Shown here in pieces: positions 24,680 through 41,870 of a stretch of 64,000 nucleotides of DNA; position 1 is the stretch's first letter, and the number at the start of each line of letters is the position of its first letter. Both the position numbers and the translations under genes were made by a program. This stretch comes from Paraspadella gotoi. Lineage: Eukaryota; Animalia; Chaetognatha. Under the pieces are notes generated by a model. The model saw only the letters and a list, made by a program, of their open reading frames with translations, made no database searches and was not told the origin of the DNA. Where the stretch lies: contig CM119269.1 in NCBI GenBank assembly GCA_051294375.1, positions 3,204,026 through 3,268,025 of the forward strand, written 5' to 3'.

Positions 24680-27600
24680 GTGAACGGGATTCTCATGGCT
24701 CTCTCCACAGTCGTGCTTCTTTTGTTCGCCAGATGTCGATTGTCCTCAAGACAGGCACAAAGAAAAACGGAAAAGCAGGATCCTCCTGCTCTTCCCTCCT
24801 GCTCTTCTCCTCTCAGATCTAGCTCACGAAAGGCGAACGCACGAAATCACTCAGTCCACAGACCCATCTGAGAGGGACTCCACGCCGATCCCGACAGGTG
24901 AAACGGAAGAAGTCTGTGCCCAGTCCAGATCCCCTGCACGTAGAATGACGTCAGATCACGCACCTTGCAAAGCTTTCGACCAGCCAAGGCGTGTCGACCA
25001 GGGGCGCCGCGTTGATGTCCGATCGTCTAAAGTCGACTTGAGAATCGGATGAAAACGTGAGAGATAATGGACATAGGGGCGATGGAGAAGTGAGAGAAAA
25101 TCTGGCTGTGGTCGCAAATTCCTGACGAACAGAAGCAAAAGCAAAGCTGAGACTGGGCAACCGACTTGAGCATGCAGGTCTAATCCAAAGAAAAGCAGGA
25201 CCAAGACGACGAAAACTATCAGTCTGGACAATTGGGAAGTGACAAAACGAGTGGTAGCAGCCAGATCCATGTGACCAGGTCAACAACGAACGAAGCCAAC
25301 TCTGAGCTTCTTGCAGAGGCTGGCAGGAGCGAAAATTTTGTACTCCTCAAACATGAGCGGAGAAATAGGTAGAGGCGAAGTATGCAAAACTCGCAGACAC
25401 TGCGGGCGACACTCCAAGCCGGGAAATCCTGCCGAAGGGGGCGGTTTTTGGAAGACACTCTTCAGCAACGGCCGACAAAGGATGTTGACGCACCTGGAAG
25501 ACACCATCCACATGAGGAAAGTACGGAGAATGCCGATATGTGCAAATTCATTGTGCTGATACTCGGAAGACGTCCTTCAAACGGCTTGATGTCCTCGAAA
25601 GGCCCCTACGCTGAAGGAAGGAGTCAAAACCATCGGCAGACCCTGTTCCTGTAACGGGAATCCTGTACGTCCCTCTGCAGCTGTCCGAGATGAGGAGAAG
25701 CTGATTGTTGAGGTCTTGGAGACCGTGCGCCTCTATATCCCAGAGACCAACTTGAGGCGGATCCGAGAGCTGGGAGGAGCGTGCGTGGCTTTGTCCAGAC
25801 ACCAGACGACGGAGACACGGAGACGAAAGAACTCCAACATCGAAGGAGGTCACAACAGGAACCATTCTGGGCCCTGGCCAAAAGGTGCGTCACAGAAGGA
25901 AACTCCCCCTGGGCCTCCCTCTACTTGAGGATCACCTTCCGGGATCATGGGAGGGGGGAAACCGTAGCCCTGTGAAAATCCAAACTTGACTGAGGGCATC
26001 CAGTCCGAGAGGTCCTCTCCTCTTCCACAGGAGAAGAGCGAGGAACTTGACGGGAGAGCGCCGTGCAAAACAGATCTATCTGTGGGAACCCAGAACGCGT
26101 CGAATCCGTCGAAAAACTTGGGGAGAGATGATTGCCAATCGAACTGCTTCTTCCGCGAGATCTGCATCCGCGATCAATTTCCTCGATGAAATTGCGTCCC
26201 CATTGTGATCTGCAGAGACTGAGCCAGAAGGAGAGAATCCCTGACACTTTCGTGAAGATCTGTAGCGGGCTGCAGGAGCTTGGGAGACACAGCGACACTA
26301 AGCTGTCGGTCTTCCACAAAAAGATTGCAGCCTGGATCTGCTGCACCGATGGACGCAGGAACTTGAGCAGGAACATGAACTCCTTCACAGTTATATGGAG
26401 ATGGGCATCCACACTCCCCAAGAACCCCGGTGAAGAGCCCGCGAACAGGAAGCCAACTCTGGAGCATCCGTCGACACTTCCGCCGTGCAAGAATCGCGGG
26501 AGAACAACGGCGATCGGAGCAAAGCAATCCTGGATTCTCGATGCTTATGACATCCATACGTAGCTCCACCTCGCGCTCCGAAGAAGGACACTGTCTTCCC
26601 AGATCCTTATCTCGTGGAGTAGACACGATTGACGTCGCCGTTGAACCTTGCCCGCTCTGCAACGAATGAGCGGGACTGCCCACGAGGCTGCGGTCGCAAG
26701 ACCAGCAGGCGAAGAACCTGCAAAGGGCCTGTGGGAGTGGGGCTCTAGCAGAGAGAGTCGGCATCTCGCCGAAGTGACAAAATCTTCGTCGCAAGGCGCG
26801 CAACTCGATGAAGCCGCCCCGTCCATTGGACGACGGCGCAAGAATGAAAGACTTGCTCGGAACCAGACTTGACTTCTTGGGATGGATGATGAAACCCGTC
26901 TTCAGAGTCGAAGACTTGAGAGTGTTCACGGGCAGACACTCCTCTTCGCGAGGTCCCAGTATCAGAAATCGTCTATTGTAAAAAGGCACCTGATGCCCCT
27001 CTTGCGGAGCAGGCACTAACGGGCGTGTCGTTTGGTGAACAGCCAGGGACCGTTTGCCAAACCGCGGAAGGATTTTGTATGATAACGCGTCCTGTCAATG
27101 AACCGAGCAAACACTTGCCGATGATCCACAGAAGAGGCAATTGTGGAGATACGGCGTCGCGAAGATGGATGAGATGACGCCAGTCCCCGGAAGAACGCAT
27201 CTTCGAACATTCTTGACAACCTTCTCCGAAGAAGGAGGGCAATGAAGGACTTGTTCGAGCTTCTTTCAATTTAAATCGGCCTCCATCCCTCTTCTTTTGG
27301 GACCAGAAAGAATTTGGATAATAACCCGGAGAAGGTTCACCTCCTCCACGGCACCCTTTTTCTAAAGCTGCCGCTATCTTGTCGTCGATGAGAGAGGTCC
27401 CTGTCCAAGAGGGGTCTCGTCGAAGGGGAGGCATCCTGGTGAGGGATCCACTGTTTGCTCCTGCAATGAGGAAACCCTTCACGTTTTGTACCATAGGAGA
27501 ATCCTGTCGACAAATCCGCCAAAACGGGACGAAAGTGTTGCAAGCGTCCTCCCCGGGAAGTGTGGAAGACGGGCCGGGAGACAAAATCGGAGTCATGGAC

Positions 27601-28200
27601 AGATCCATGGTCTTGATGTCAAAAGTGCGGCACGAGCGACGGCCGAGGGGGGGTCAAAGGAAGTCAATTTGGAGTCTTCGACGCGCTTCCTCCCCCTTTC
27701 CCCGAACGCCTAAAGGAGGGACTTGGCGTATAAGGCTTGTAGGAACCCCTGGACTTAGCAAACTTTTCCGCGGAGCTGCAATTATTTCTGGGGCGAAAAA
27801 GCTTGAGCCTTGAAAGAGAGGAATGTGATAGCCCGCAAAACCTCGTCGAAGTTTTTCCCAAAATAAAAACACAGAAAGGAGGGGAATCCGTAGTGTAGCT
27901 TTAGCTCCTTCGGAGAGATGCACTCCAGACGTCGATGATTCAAGCAAAGCGAATAAAAGAAAAGCGACATTGAAGCTGCATCCTTGAGTGGAGCAGCAAA
28001 GTTCCCAGTCCAAACTAAGTTCGTGGATCTGCGGCAGAAGCTTTGACGAGACGCACTGTAGACTTGAGGCTTCTGCGTGTGAAGGCGATGAGCAACGGCC
28101 CTGCATCTTCATAGAGCGAGGTGACTTGCTTGGAAAGACAGCGATTTGCGAAACAAAATTTGAGAAACAGAGAAATTTTTCTGTTGTTGCTTGGAGGGAT
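24680..28200 (-). mobile_element. DIRS1-like tyrosine-recombinase retrotransposon (gag-RT-RNase H-MT-YR), heavily frameshifted
   Basis: Minus-strand motif fragments occur in DIRS order. RT (~27560-26800): FVPFWRICRQD..VKGF, IAAALEKG, PGYY..F.QKKRDGG, GDW..IHLRDA, FRGLANGPWLFTK, GFIIHPKKSSLVPSKSF. RNase H (~26560-26170): STDA, HLHITVKEF, WKTDS. Methyltransferase-like (~26130-25800): PQIDLFCTALSRQVPR, YGFPP. Tyrosine recombinase (~25500-24880): LLKSVFQK.PP, FPAWSV, LLPASARSSEL, LCP, PWSTR..SKALQG, DVILRAG. Boundaries are approximate. Confidence 0.85.
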
Positions 28201-28334
28201 TCACGAACGCTGAAGCGGGGGGAGAGAGCGGAGAAGGCGAGGCGAGGGAGGAGGAGAGAGGGGAGGGAAGGGGGGAGGGAGAGGAGAGGCGGGGGAGAGG
28301 GAGAGAGAGAAGAGAAAGAGAGAGAGAGAAGAAG

Positions 28335-28392
<58 letters not shown>

Positions 28393-29140
28393 GAGAGAGA
28401 GAGAGCGTAGAGAGGAAGAGAAGAGAAGGAGACCAAGACAAGATAAAGAGCTCTTTTTTTGCTNNNNNNNNNNNNNNNNNNNNNNNNNTGCTCGACAAGT
28501 TTCCGCGAACGAACGTGAGAACAAAAGGCTGAACGAAAGAACAAAGAACAAAGAACAAACTTCCGAAAAAGAGATTAAACTAACGAACGAATATCTAAAC
28601 TACAGTTATAAGTCAAAAATAACAAACAAACTTTAATCAAATTTAAAAAGTGAAAAAAATTTAGTTGAAGCGACAGCATTTGATTACGAGGGATCGAATG
28701 TAACGTAAACAAACCATCACGTTAATTATTATGATGACGACGAGGTCGCCGACGACGCTGACGACGACGATAGCGACGACGACGAAGATTTAAACGCCGA
28801 GAGATTTCCTCGATTTTTATCGAAAAATTTCCCCCGGGTTCAGAATTCACTGAGTCAAACGACATAGAAAATCATCAAGTTTGACAACAACAATGAAAAC
28901 AATCGTCAGCTTTCAAAAGTCTCGTCGAAGAGAGATGGCTTTTTCGAATGTTAGAGTTATGGTTTTATGTAGCATTCGATTCGTACTACCTTCATAGATT
29001 TATAGAACATATTGAAATTTTAAAGATTGGCGTGGGCGCAAAAGTTCATTCTGGAACGTGTTTACTACCCAATTTTTTAGGAAAAGTTTTGACTGAAGAG
29101 AGAGATGAGAGAGAGGAGAGAGGAGAGAGAGAGAGAGAGC

Positions 29141-29177
<37 letters not shown>

Positions 29178-29602
29178 AGAAGAGAGAGAGAGAAGAGAGG
29201 AGAAATTGGTCCGTCAATGATTAGGTTTCCTCGATGATTCTAGCCAAGTCTTTTTTTTCCTTTGGTTTTTATTTTCATTTTATCGTCGAGGGAAAAATTA
29301 TCCACGAATCCTGGGAAATTTCGAAGATGAAAAATTAGAGGTTAAACATCGAATTCACCTGTAGTCATAAAAATACAGAACATTGAATGAATACAATTTA
29401 AAATCTGATTATGATATATATAAATATTGTATTCTACCGTTTGTCAGCTGAAGGTTTCCAAAACCTCATTTCGATCTTTCCTAATGAACAAAAACTCTAA
29501 ATAAACATAAATAAACTATAGGTAAACAAACTTCCTGTGTTGAAGAAAATTCCACTCTCCGGAGAAATAAACAAACGTGAGAGAGACAGAATGAGCGAGA
29601 GG

Positions 29603-29605
<3 letters not shown>

Positions 29606-29682
<77 letters not shown>
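29606..29682. repeat. (GA)n microsatellite, representative of many (also ~7030, 9835, 30740, 31552, 34680, 37170, 38237, 39908, 58975)
   Basis: Directly visible. Confidence 0.95.
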
Positions 29683-29686
<4 letters not shown>

Positions 29687-30729
29687 GACCCCATAAAAAA
29701 TCAAAGATAACGGTGAGGACTTTCTGGCGGAAATCTGGTTTTAAAAATTTCGAGATAACAAGAAGGTTTTTCTCTCGGCGTCGGAGGAGGAATGTGGGTT
29801 TTATCGAGTCAACTCGGAGAAATGATTGGCGCGCGGCGATAAAGTATACATCGTTTCTAGAATATCAACCTGTATGTACAAGAGTTTTGTTGATCTGCAG
29901 AATCGTGGGTCGCTCACCTAAGAACAAAAATCGTTCGCTCTCTCTCTCTCTCTCTCTTCCGCTAGCAAATCCCGCCGGTCTCCTTCGATCATTGGCCTTT
30001 TGCAATAAATAATAATTAAATTTTCTCATTTACATCCGAGCTGGGATCTTAATTCAAATCGTTAAATTCGCTTCGGCACAACCCCGACTCTTAAACCTTT
30101 CAACCTGCGAGATTTCGCCCTCGAGGCGAGCGGGAGTTGTTGTTATTGTTGTTGTTGTTGTTTTTATTCCCGTCGTGCTGGCCAGAGCTTCTTCACTACG
30201 AATCGCTCTTTTAGTTGCGACTAGTTGCGACTCAATGATCTGTTTTTCCGTCGGTCCGTTTATCTTAAGGTACGATTTAAAAAAAAACAGTAAATTAAAA
30301 AAAATATATCCTAAAACTTTGCTCTTTAAAAAATATTTTTATTATTATTCTTAATATTATAAATATATATAAAATATAATCAAGGGCAACATCGACCAGC
30401 TGAACGCTGAAAAGCGTTTCTTGTTTTTTTAAATTTCCCGCGTATTTTTTGTTCTATTTTTTTTGGTGCGAAATTCGGTGTTAATGAATTCGCGTTTGAA
30501 TTCGATTCGATATCGCGATTTCGATTTAAAGGTAAAGGCGGAGTCGATCCAGGCCCTTCTTCGCGTCTGCCCTCCCATCTTTGTCTCTTTTCGTAACGCG
30601 GGCAGCGTTGGCTCCATTCGTTTCGCCGTCGTTACATCTCTGGGTTCCCGGATTAATATCCCCCCAGCGCCCGAGATTTAAGACTTGGGAAGGAGGCGTT
30701 CGCCGATTGGACCAACGGAAAAAGAGAAC

Positions 30730-30785
<56 letters not shown>

Positions 30786-31548
30786 TATAGAAAGCAAGAG
30801 AGTGAGAGAGAGAGAGCGTGCGAGGTTCAGAAAGTTGGTTTCTCATCGGGGAAAATCGATACCTGACCTGAATAAACAGAACAAAGAGGTTAAGAAAAGT
30901 TTTTGAGTAAACAAAACGCTTTCATTGTACTAAAATTTATGGGATATTTTACAGCCTTCAGGTTGAAACTGTGTTTTTATTTCGAGCCGAGTTCGAGGTT
31001 ATTTACGATAGTTATTAAAGGGAGCAACGTTTGAATTACGTTCCCTCGATTCGAACCCATCGATTAATATTTTTAAATGTTTAATTCTTTTTTTTAAAAA
31101 AAAAGTTTTAACGGCTTTCGACTCGTGCCCAATAATTAGGAAAAAAATGGGCTAGAGATTTTGAGGCCGAGTCGCCATTGTTGTTTGTTATTTGTTTGTT
31201 GTTTGTCAAAAGTTGGATAAAAGATAATAAGTAAATCGATCTTTAAGATTTGATGAACGTGTTTCTAGCGCTACATGCTACATGCTACATGCTCCGTTGC
31301 ATGCTTCCAGTTATCAATAAACGAAAACCTTAAGAATTTCAGCAAGAAATATGGCAAGGCTAAGTGAGAAGTTTACGTCATTTCTTGACGAAAATAACGT
31401 CATTACTCGCTCGTACCACTATTAACCATAAACTGTACATTTATTCGAACCTCGACTCTCTTCTTCTCGACTCAATTTGACGCCAAAAAAGACGCAGATT
31501 TTTTTCTCCCCCTAATGAGTCTTCCTATTAGGAGGGAGGGGGAAAAAT

Positions 31549-31624
<76 letters not shown>

Positions 31625-33191
31625 CCCCTTTGATTTGAATCCACCTGCGCAAACATCGAAGATGATTTGAAAAGCAAACGCACTCGTGTTTTGTATAATT
31701 AAAGATTCGTCGAAGCAAAATAAATCAAATGAGAACGCGACAGAGACGAAGGGACGGATGGGAGGACAGACGACGACCCAAGATGGCGAGTGGCTTCTTT
31801 TCAGTCAAAAAAAAAAAAACTTATTTACGATGACGCAAATGCGACGGAAATTTATGATGCGAACAGAAGTGAGACGTTGAGTTGGGGGGGGAGGTGGGAT
31901 TCGAAGAGAAGTAACTGCTTGTAACTCGCGAGGAACTACAAAGATACCAAGAAGTTTAACTGCGATGAAAATAATATAAAATGATTTGAAATAAAAAAGA
32001 AAAAAAAAAGCGGATCGAAGCCACCAGCGATCGACTTTGAGCCACGGGGGGCGAAAATTGGGAAAGGGGGGCGGGGTGGAGGAGTGTGTTGGGGTGAGCC
32101 CGTGAGATCACGAGACTCTGGATCCCGGCCGCTATGCGGTCATGGGGTTGTTTTTTTTTCGTTCGATGGTAAAAAGAAACTGAGACTTTAAAACGTTTCT
32201 CGTTTTAGGCCAAAGAATTTTTTTTTAGAAAGGAAAGTATTTCAAAAATGTTTTTAAATTAACGAAAAAAAGTGGTTTTTTTTATAAAATTAAGATTCAA
32301 TTTGAAACGCATCACGAATTTTTGTCATAAAAAAATTTCGTTCAACAACGCTTCTATCGGAAAATGGGAAAAACATATAACTATCCTATGGATTGGGGCC
32401 ATGGGACTTAAATTAATATTATTGGAGCGTAATTCAATTCGCGGTAAAAGGGAAGATGAAACAAAACATTGAAAATAAAAAAAAATTATACCTAAAAAAA
32501 AAAAGAGATCGAAGAATCTTTTGTATCCAAAAAAAAAAATTCTCAAATTCCCATGAAATATTTTTCTCGAATTCAAAAATCAAACGGGAAATCCAGAGGG
32601 AGAGAGAGGGGGAAAAAATGATGAAAATAAAAAAAAGGGAAAAGAGATAAAAAAGAGAAGAGAAAAAGAAAAAAAAAAGTATTTTGGAAAAAAAAAAAAT
32701 CCCATCAGACAATTATCGCATCGCGCGCCCTCTGCCCTCGAATGGCTGGAGACCCCAGCAAACCCCCTCGGCTCTCGTGGTTCGATCCGTTCGAGTATTC
32801 GAGGTCATCTGTCAGGTCCCGAGTTCGAGACTCCGAGGTTGGAAACCTTCGTTTATATTACATGATATGACAATTTGCAAATTACTTTTCTATTTTTATA
32901 TTTTATGAAAGATTTAGTATTTAATCTAAATTATTTAAAAAAATACATATTGCTTTCTTTCTTAAAAAAAATTTTACTTATCATTATATCTAATAACTCA
33001 ATTTGGGAAGGGGAAGTCAGTGTTGTCTTCTGGAAATAGAGGGAGCATCTATACAACACAAGGTTAAATTACAATCTGTCCTAGTTTTCTAATTGATATC
33101 ACACATCATTTCTGTTAGAAAGTCATTAATGAAAAATCATAATATCTAAGAGGCTGAACAGAAAGGGGTGGGAATGGATAATTTTTTGAAA

Positions 33192-33319
33192 GATAAGACT
33201 ACCATGTAGAATTGTATGTTCTGATGGGGATACATACTGGGGAAAGGTCTATAGGGGCACCTTTATGTCGTGAATATAATTTGAAAATACTTTAATGAAA
33301 ATTATATTTTTTCTTTATC
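33192..33319. repeat. ~125-bp diverged repeat, inverted copy of 24499-24623
   Basis: tagaattgtatgttctgat..ggatacata.tggggaa..gtctatagg..cacctttat...tgaatataattt.aaaatacttta matches the reverse complement of 24499-24623. Confidence 0.75.
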
Positions 33320-34671
33320 CTACTTTTAATTATTTCTTTTATACATATATTTTATACTTATATTATACAGATTTTAACCAGGTATTTGACCATTTGATAC
33401 ATCAATTAAATTGAATCCTTTTTAATTAAAGACTCATACGTGTCCAGCAATTCACTATTGAGCGCCCTCCCGCACTCTCCTTGCTCAACTGTGTCACGAC
33501 TTCCAAAGTAAAGAATATCCGTCAACCGGCTCAGCGATATAAATATCAGGGCCTTCGAAAATGTTTTAAAGACAGTTACGTATAATTCTTCAAAACTTCA
33601 AAACCTCCAGAGAAACTTTTTTTTTCTTTTTGACTGAAAACCTTTTCCCGAAAAAAAAAAACATCTTGACGTGACTTTAAAACATCTCGTGAGAGATGAC
33701 TCTTTTGTAGAAGTCTCACAAATCTATAGCATTAACGAAATCGAGGCAAAAGTCTTTTATAATTTGTTATATTCGTTAGTTGATGGATACGATTTTGTAA
33801 AATTCTAGAGGTTAGAAAAGGTGAGAGAGGCGCAGGCGAGTCGGGGGCTTTCATGTCTAACGTTTCTGTCGATATTAAATTTGTAAAAAATGAGCGCAAT
33901 TTTTGTGAACATTTATGCCTGAACAGCGAACATGCATTTTCTTGTTGGCAGGAATCCTTGCATTCAAAAAAAAAAAACAAAAAAAAAAAAACACCGCCTT
34001 CAAAAATCATCCTCAACCCTTTCTAAAAAAAGAACGCACTTTGATTTGATCACTTCTGCCACCTCGGAATCCATCCCACTCCCCCAACCACCCAACCACC
34101 CAACCACCTTTTCCACCCCTCCCACCTGTTTTTTTCTCTTCTCAATCCTCAACGCCGATTGGTCTTTTGTCGATCCGAAGTGGGTCGCGACTCCTACCTG
34201 TTGATTTCGTTATTTCCCCCCCCTCTTCAGATAAAAAAATAAAAAAATAAACATAAAACAGAAAAAAAAAAGAAAACTAAAAAAAAAGGGAAGCGAATTA
34301 AACGGCGCGGGACCCGAGGATCAGTGATGAAGGATCGAGATCGAGTCTCGTCTGTGGTGGAAAGAAGTGTGGTTTGTGGAGTGGAGGCTGTGGAGGGTGG
34401 TGTGGTTCAAGTTAATATTCAAGGAAAAAAGAAAAAGGAATAGAGTCGGGAAAGGGTTGTGCTGGTTTGGGAGTCCGTTGATCTTCGATTCAATTGTTAC
34501 TTTTTACTTTTAATCTTTGTTGATCTGTTGACAAATATTTGGTTCATAGTGGTCGTCACATAGTGGTTGCGGTATTTTTAGGCAAGGTGGCGCGTCGATT
34601 TGAATTGAGGGATTGAATAAAGATAAGGAGAGAAAAAGGAGAAAAAGAGAGAGAAAGAGTGAGATAGGGAA

Positions 34672-34756
<85 letters not shown>

Positions 34757-34804
34757 AAAGGGGAAGTAAGAGAGTAAAAATAGAAATAAAGCGAAAGAAT
34801 GTGA

Positions 34805-34852
<48 letters not shown>

Positions 34853-35391
34853 TAGAGAGAGCCTGTGAATGTGATTGGACAAAAGGAAAGAACGTCGAAA
34901 CTAAAACACATCCAACTTTTGTAACTGCATCGAGTCACGCGCTTCGTTGGCGAATCTCGATCCAAAAACTTGGCCAGAAGTTTTTTTTCTCTGCGGACCG
35001 CGTTATCGTCGCTCTTTTAGATATTTTTTTATCGTTTGAAAAATCCAGTAATACAATTTTAAACTAGAATAATATTCTAAAATTTTATCAGAATTTGTCT
35101 TTTACAAATGGTTAAATTTTGTGTTCAATCATCAAGTTTGATTCTCGTAAATTAAAAAAAAATTTGTACAAGTTCTGAAAGATTTTAAGAAAATCGTGAA
35201 AAGCGTTTCTTGTTAATCATAGCAACCACTAGTAACTTTTTTGCGTCGCTTTTTTTTTGTTTCAAAAAAAAAAAAAAAAACGAAACCGAAAATCGTATCC
35301 TATTCTTGTGGGTTTTTTTTTTTTTGTGTTTTTTTCAGATTTATTGTTTTTTATCTTTCGTTGCTACGTCTTCGTCGTTTGTGTCCTCAAT

Positions 35392-35423
<32 letters not shown>

Positions 35424-37165
35424 ATAAAAATCATTTTTCAAAGTTCATAAAGCGAATTGACCTTGCCAATGGATATCATTATTGTTATCGTCGCGAGATG
35501 AACAAATTCCGGATTAAAAAAAAGTAAACAAAACGAAAGACTGTCAACAAAAGAGCAATTTTTTTTCCCTTTCACCCCTAAATCTCAGCAACCGGGAATT
35601 TAGTGAATTAGAAATCCGTGGATTAGTTTTCAACGTCAGGATACGACGCTTATTTTGTTTGCAAAATTAAATTTCGTTTGTGACGTTCGGTTGAAGTCGC
35701 GCGTTGGTCCATTTGTCAAAACAGTCACGAAAAAGTGAAAAGGAGGATCGTCTTACTTTCACAATATTGTAGCCTCGCTTGAGTGCGAAAATCACAGTCA
35801 GCGTGAATACTTCGTACACTTTGAAACGACTGCGATTCACGAGAGTTTCCTAACGAATCCTTATGAAATTTTATGTTAATAACGCATTATAAACGAATTA
35901 ACTAAGAACAACATGGGTTGGAACTACGACGTTTAATGAAATGAAAGTGCAACTATATCGACGTTGAAAGCACTTCAAAAGAAGGCGGGTCTTATTGACA
36001 AATAATGAATGCTAAATGATGATAATTTACGAATTTGAATTTTAAAAACGAATTGGTGAACTAAGATTAGTTTAATAAGGGTTGTGGATAGTTAACTCTT
36101 AGTTTCTCGTTAATTCTCACTCTCCAAGACCATTTTTAATAAAAGAAGAATTATTTTCTTACTTTATCTTAATTTTCTCCAAAGCATCGGTACAGCTTCG
36201 GTACAAACGTCACTCCATTCATCTCTCATCATTATTTCCATTCATAGGTCAATCGGTGGATTTTTTTTACCGCTTTCCATCACTCCATTATTTGTCACTC
36301 AATTCATCGACCTTTTTTTTATAAACATCCAACACCCCATTCCTTTTTTATTTGTCACTTCATTTCTCAACTTAATTTCTTAATTTCACTTCATTTAACA
36401 AACTCTTCACCTCAATCTAACATTATTTTTAACGCATATTTATTTCCATTCGTCACTCCATTCATCTCTCATATTTATTTCCATTCGTCAAACCATTCAT
36501 AACCCATATCATCGCATTCAATCGCTTCGTATATCGCCATCTTGTTCTGTTTATTATCAACAAAAGGGAAACGACGAATCAAAACGTCGGGAGCCTCTTC
36601 GCCGTCGCTTCTCCGACCGAAAGATCTCTTGTTTTTTTTGTTTTTTTTCTTAGAATTTCGATTCTCATACAAAAGTCGGCTCGATTGAAACGTTTAGAAT
36701 CTTAAATACTTAACGTCCGGATTTAACAAAACAAATTCGAGGTGATCGCGTCACGAACGGTGAAGATCACAAAAAAATTGTCAAAAGCGACGGGATTTGA
36801 AGGAAAGGCGAAATCGGCGGGATCCTTGGTCAACTCCAGCAACATCTTCTTCGGAGCTTTATTCTCCATGAGCCTACTCCATCAAGTTTGACGACGAAGA
36901 ATCTGCCTTTATCATTGAATCTAAAACCGATCGGTTCATCGATAGGTCATCGGATCGATCCCTGAATCGACTTCTATTTTATGATTTCTGTCGTTATTGA
37001 TTTTTTTTTTCATTTCGGAAATATTTCGGTTTTGTTCTTTTTTTAAAAAATTTATCCTTCGGAGGGGCGACTGCTTACAATCAAGGGGTCGTCGTATAAA
37101 CAACAAACCGCAAACCAAAGACCAAGGTGAAGTTAAAAAAGAAAGAAGTCGGGGGGGAAGGGAGG

Positions 37166-37216
<51 letters not shown>

Positions 37217-38228
37217 AACGCGCTAGACCGTCTGGATTTAATTTTCTCTTTCTCGCGAAATCCAACGATTGTGAGTCCCTCTTTCGTCTTCATCTTTGAA
37301 TCGAGAAGGAGCGGCCTTCAATTTTTCCTTTCAATTTGCATACAATCGTAAAAATGATAAAAAAAGAAATTTAAAGACGAGTCGAACGAAAAAAATAGGA
37401 AAAAAAGAAAAAAACGAAAAAAAAATCTTTTGATTTCGCTCTTTATCGATTCGTTAAAATTACGTAAACAAAATGGAAAACCGTCGTTTTATTTTTCGAC
37501 ATTTTACGGCGTTTTTTATTAACGATGTTTACAAACAAATCATTTCTACGAGGATAATTTTCTCTTTCGCGTAGTGATTGGTTTTTCCCGATGGCTTGAT
37601 AAACGTTACAGCACGATGTGATTCTCACGACACATCTGCTGACTCATCTGCCGACACATTCACCGACACATTGCGCAACTCAATATGTGACGACGAAATC
37701 ACGACTGAAAAAAAAACCGCAACGAGTGAAGCAGAGATTTCGAGAATATCGGATCGCATATCTCATTATTGTATGAAGATATGATAAATTTCTAACTGTT
37801 TTTTTTTGTTTATGTCATTACAAAATTTTATTACATTTTATTTCGTTACAACAATCCTAAACGAGCCTAACAATAAATATTATTATAATTAAAAAGATAA
37901 ATTAATACGTACGCGAAATGCTATTCCGTTTTACTCGAAACTCAAAAGACGAATTTTAAGGAAATTTATTTTTTTAAAAATGGCGGCGCAAGGAGAAGAA
38001 GTTGATCTCGATCAAAGGTAAGGGCGAAAGTTCGTTACTTGAGCCCACTAATATAACGTTACTTTTGAGGCCTCACTTATATATATACATCATAAAAGAT
38101 TTGAAAAAGAAAAAAGTAAGTTACAAACTTAATCATGGTTCAAATTATAAGTATTTGAGAATTCCTAGGAGAAAATTTTTCTCTGCAAAATTAATTTTTC
38201 ATATTTTTCTAACACACTTCCTCTGTCT

Positions 38229-38322
<94 letters not shown>

Positions 38323-38898
38323 TTTTTTTCTCCCTTTCACCCCTCAGAATCCCCCTCATCACCTCATCCTCTCATTCGCCCTCACGTGTGGAGAAACCAA
38401 ATAATCTTCGTCGCGACTACGAAACCCACGCGTCGCCTCTGTCGTCGTCGTCGTCGTCTCGTCGCCCCAATCTTCTCTCTACCCACTCTCGCCGACCACC
38501 ACCCCGGCTCCTCACCCACCCCGACAAACCCTAATCCTTCGAAACCCCCCGACAAGCCCCATCGGGATCCCTCGTCTCCTTCGAGATCGAAAGGGACCCG
38601 ATCGTTTCGTCCACCGGGCGGGGCGACCCTCGCGACGGCAGCCTCGGGGGCGTCGGCGAAAGACCCGTCTCGACGATCGCTTCGACCCGACGAGACTCGG
38701 CGTCCAAACTCTCCGTCGACGATCGGCGAAGAGGCGACGGAATCTCTCGGCTTCGGTTCTTCCTATCCAAAGTTCTCTTTCAGCCAGTATCCCCTCTCTT
38801 CCTCTTCCTCCTCCTCCTCTAATCATGCGGCGTCTTCCTCCTCCTCCTCCGCCTCAGGCAAGACTCTGACGACGACGCCGACGACGCCGCCACTCAAG

Positions 38899-41870
<2,972 letters not shown>

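Noticed and set aside
36205-36500. Recurrent cactccattcatctctcat motif
   Set aside because: Few degenerate copies; an eroded minisatellite with no further support.
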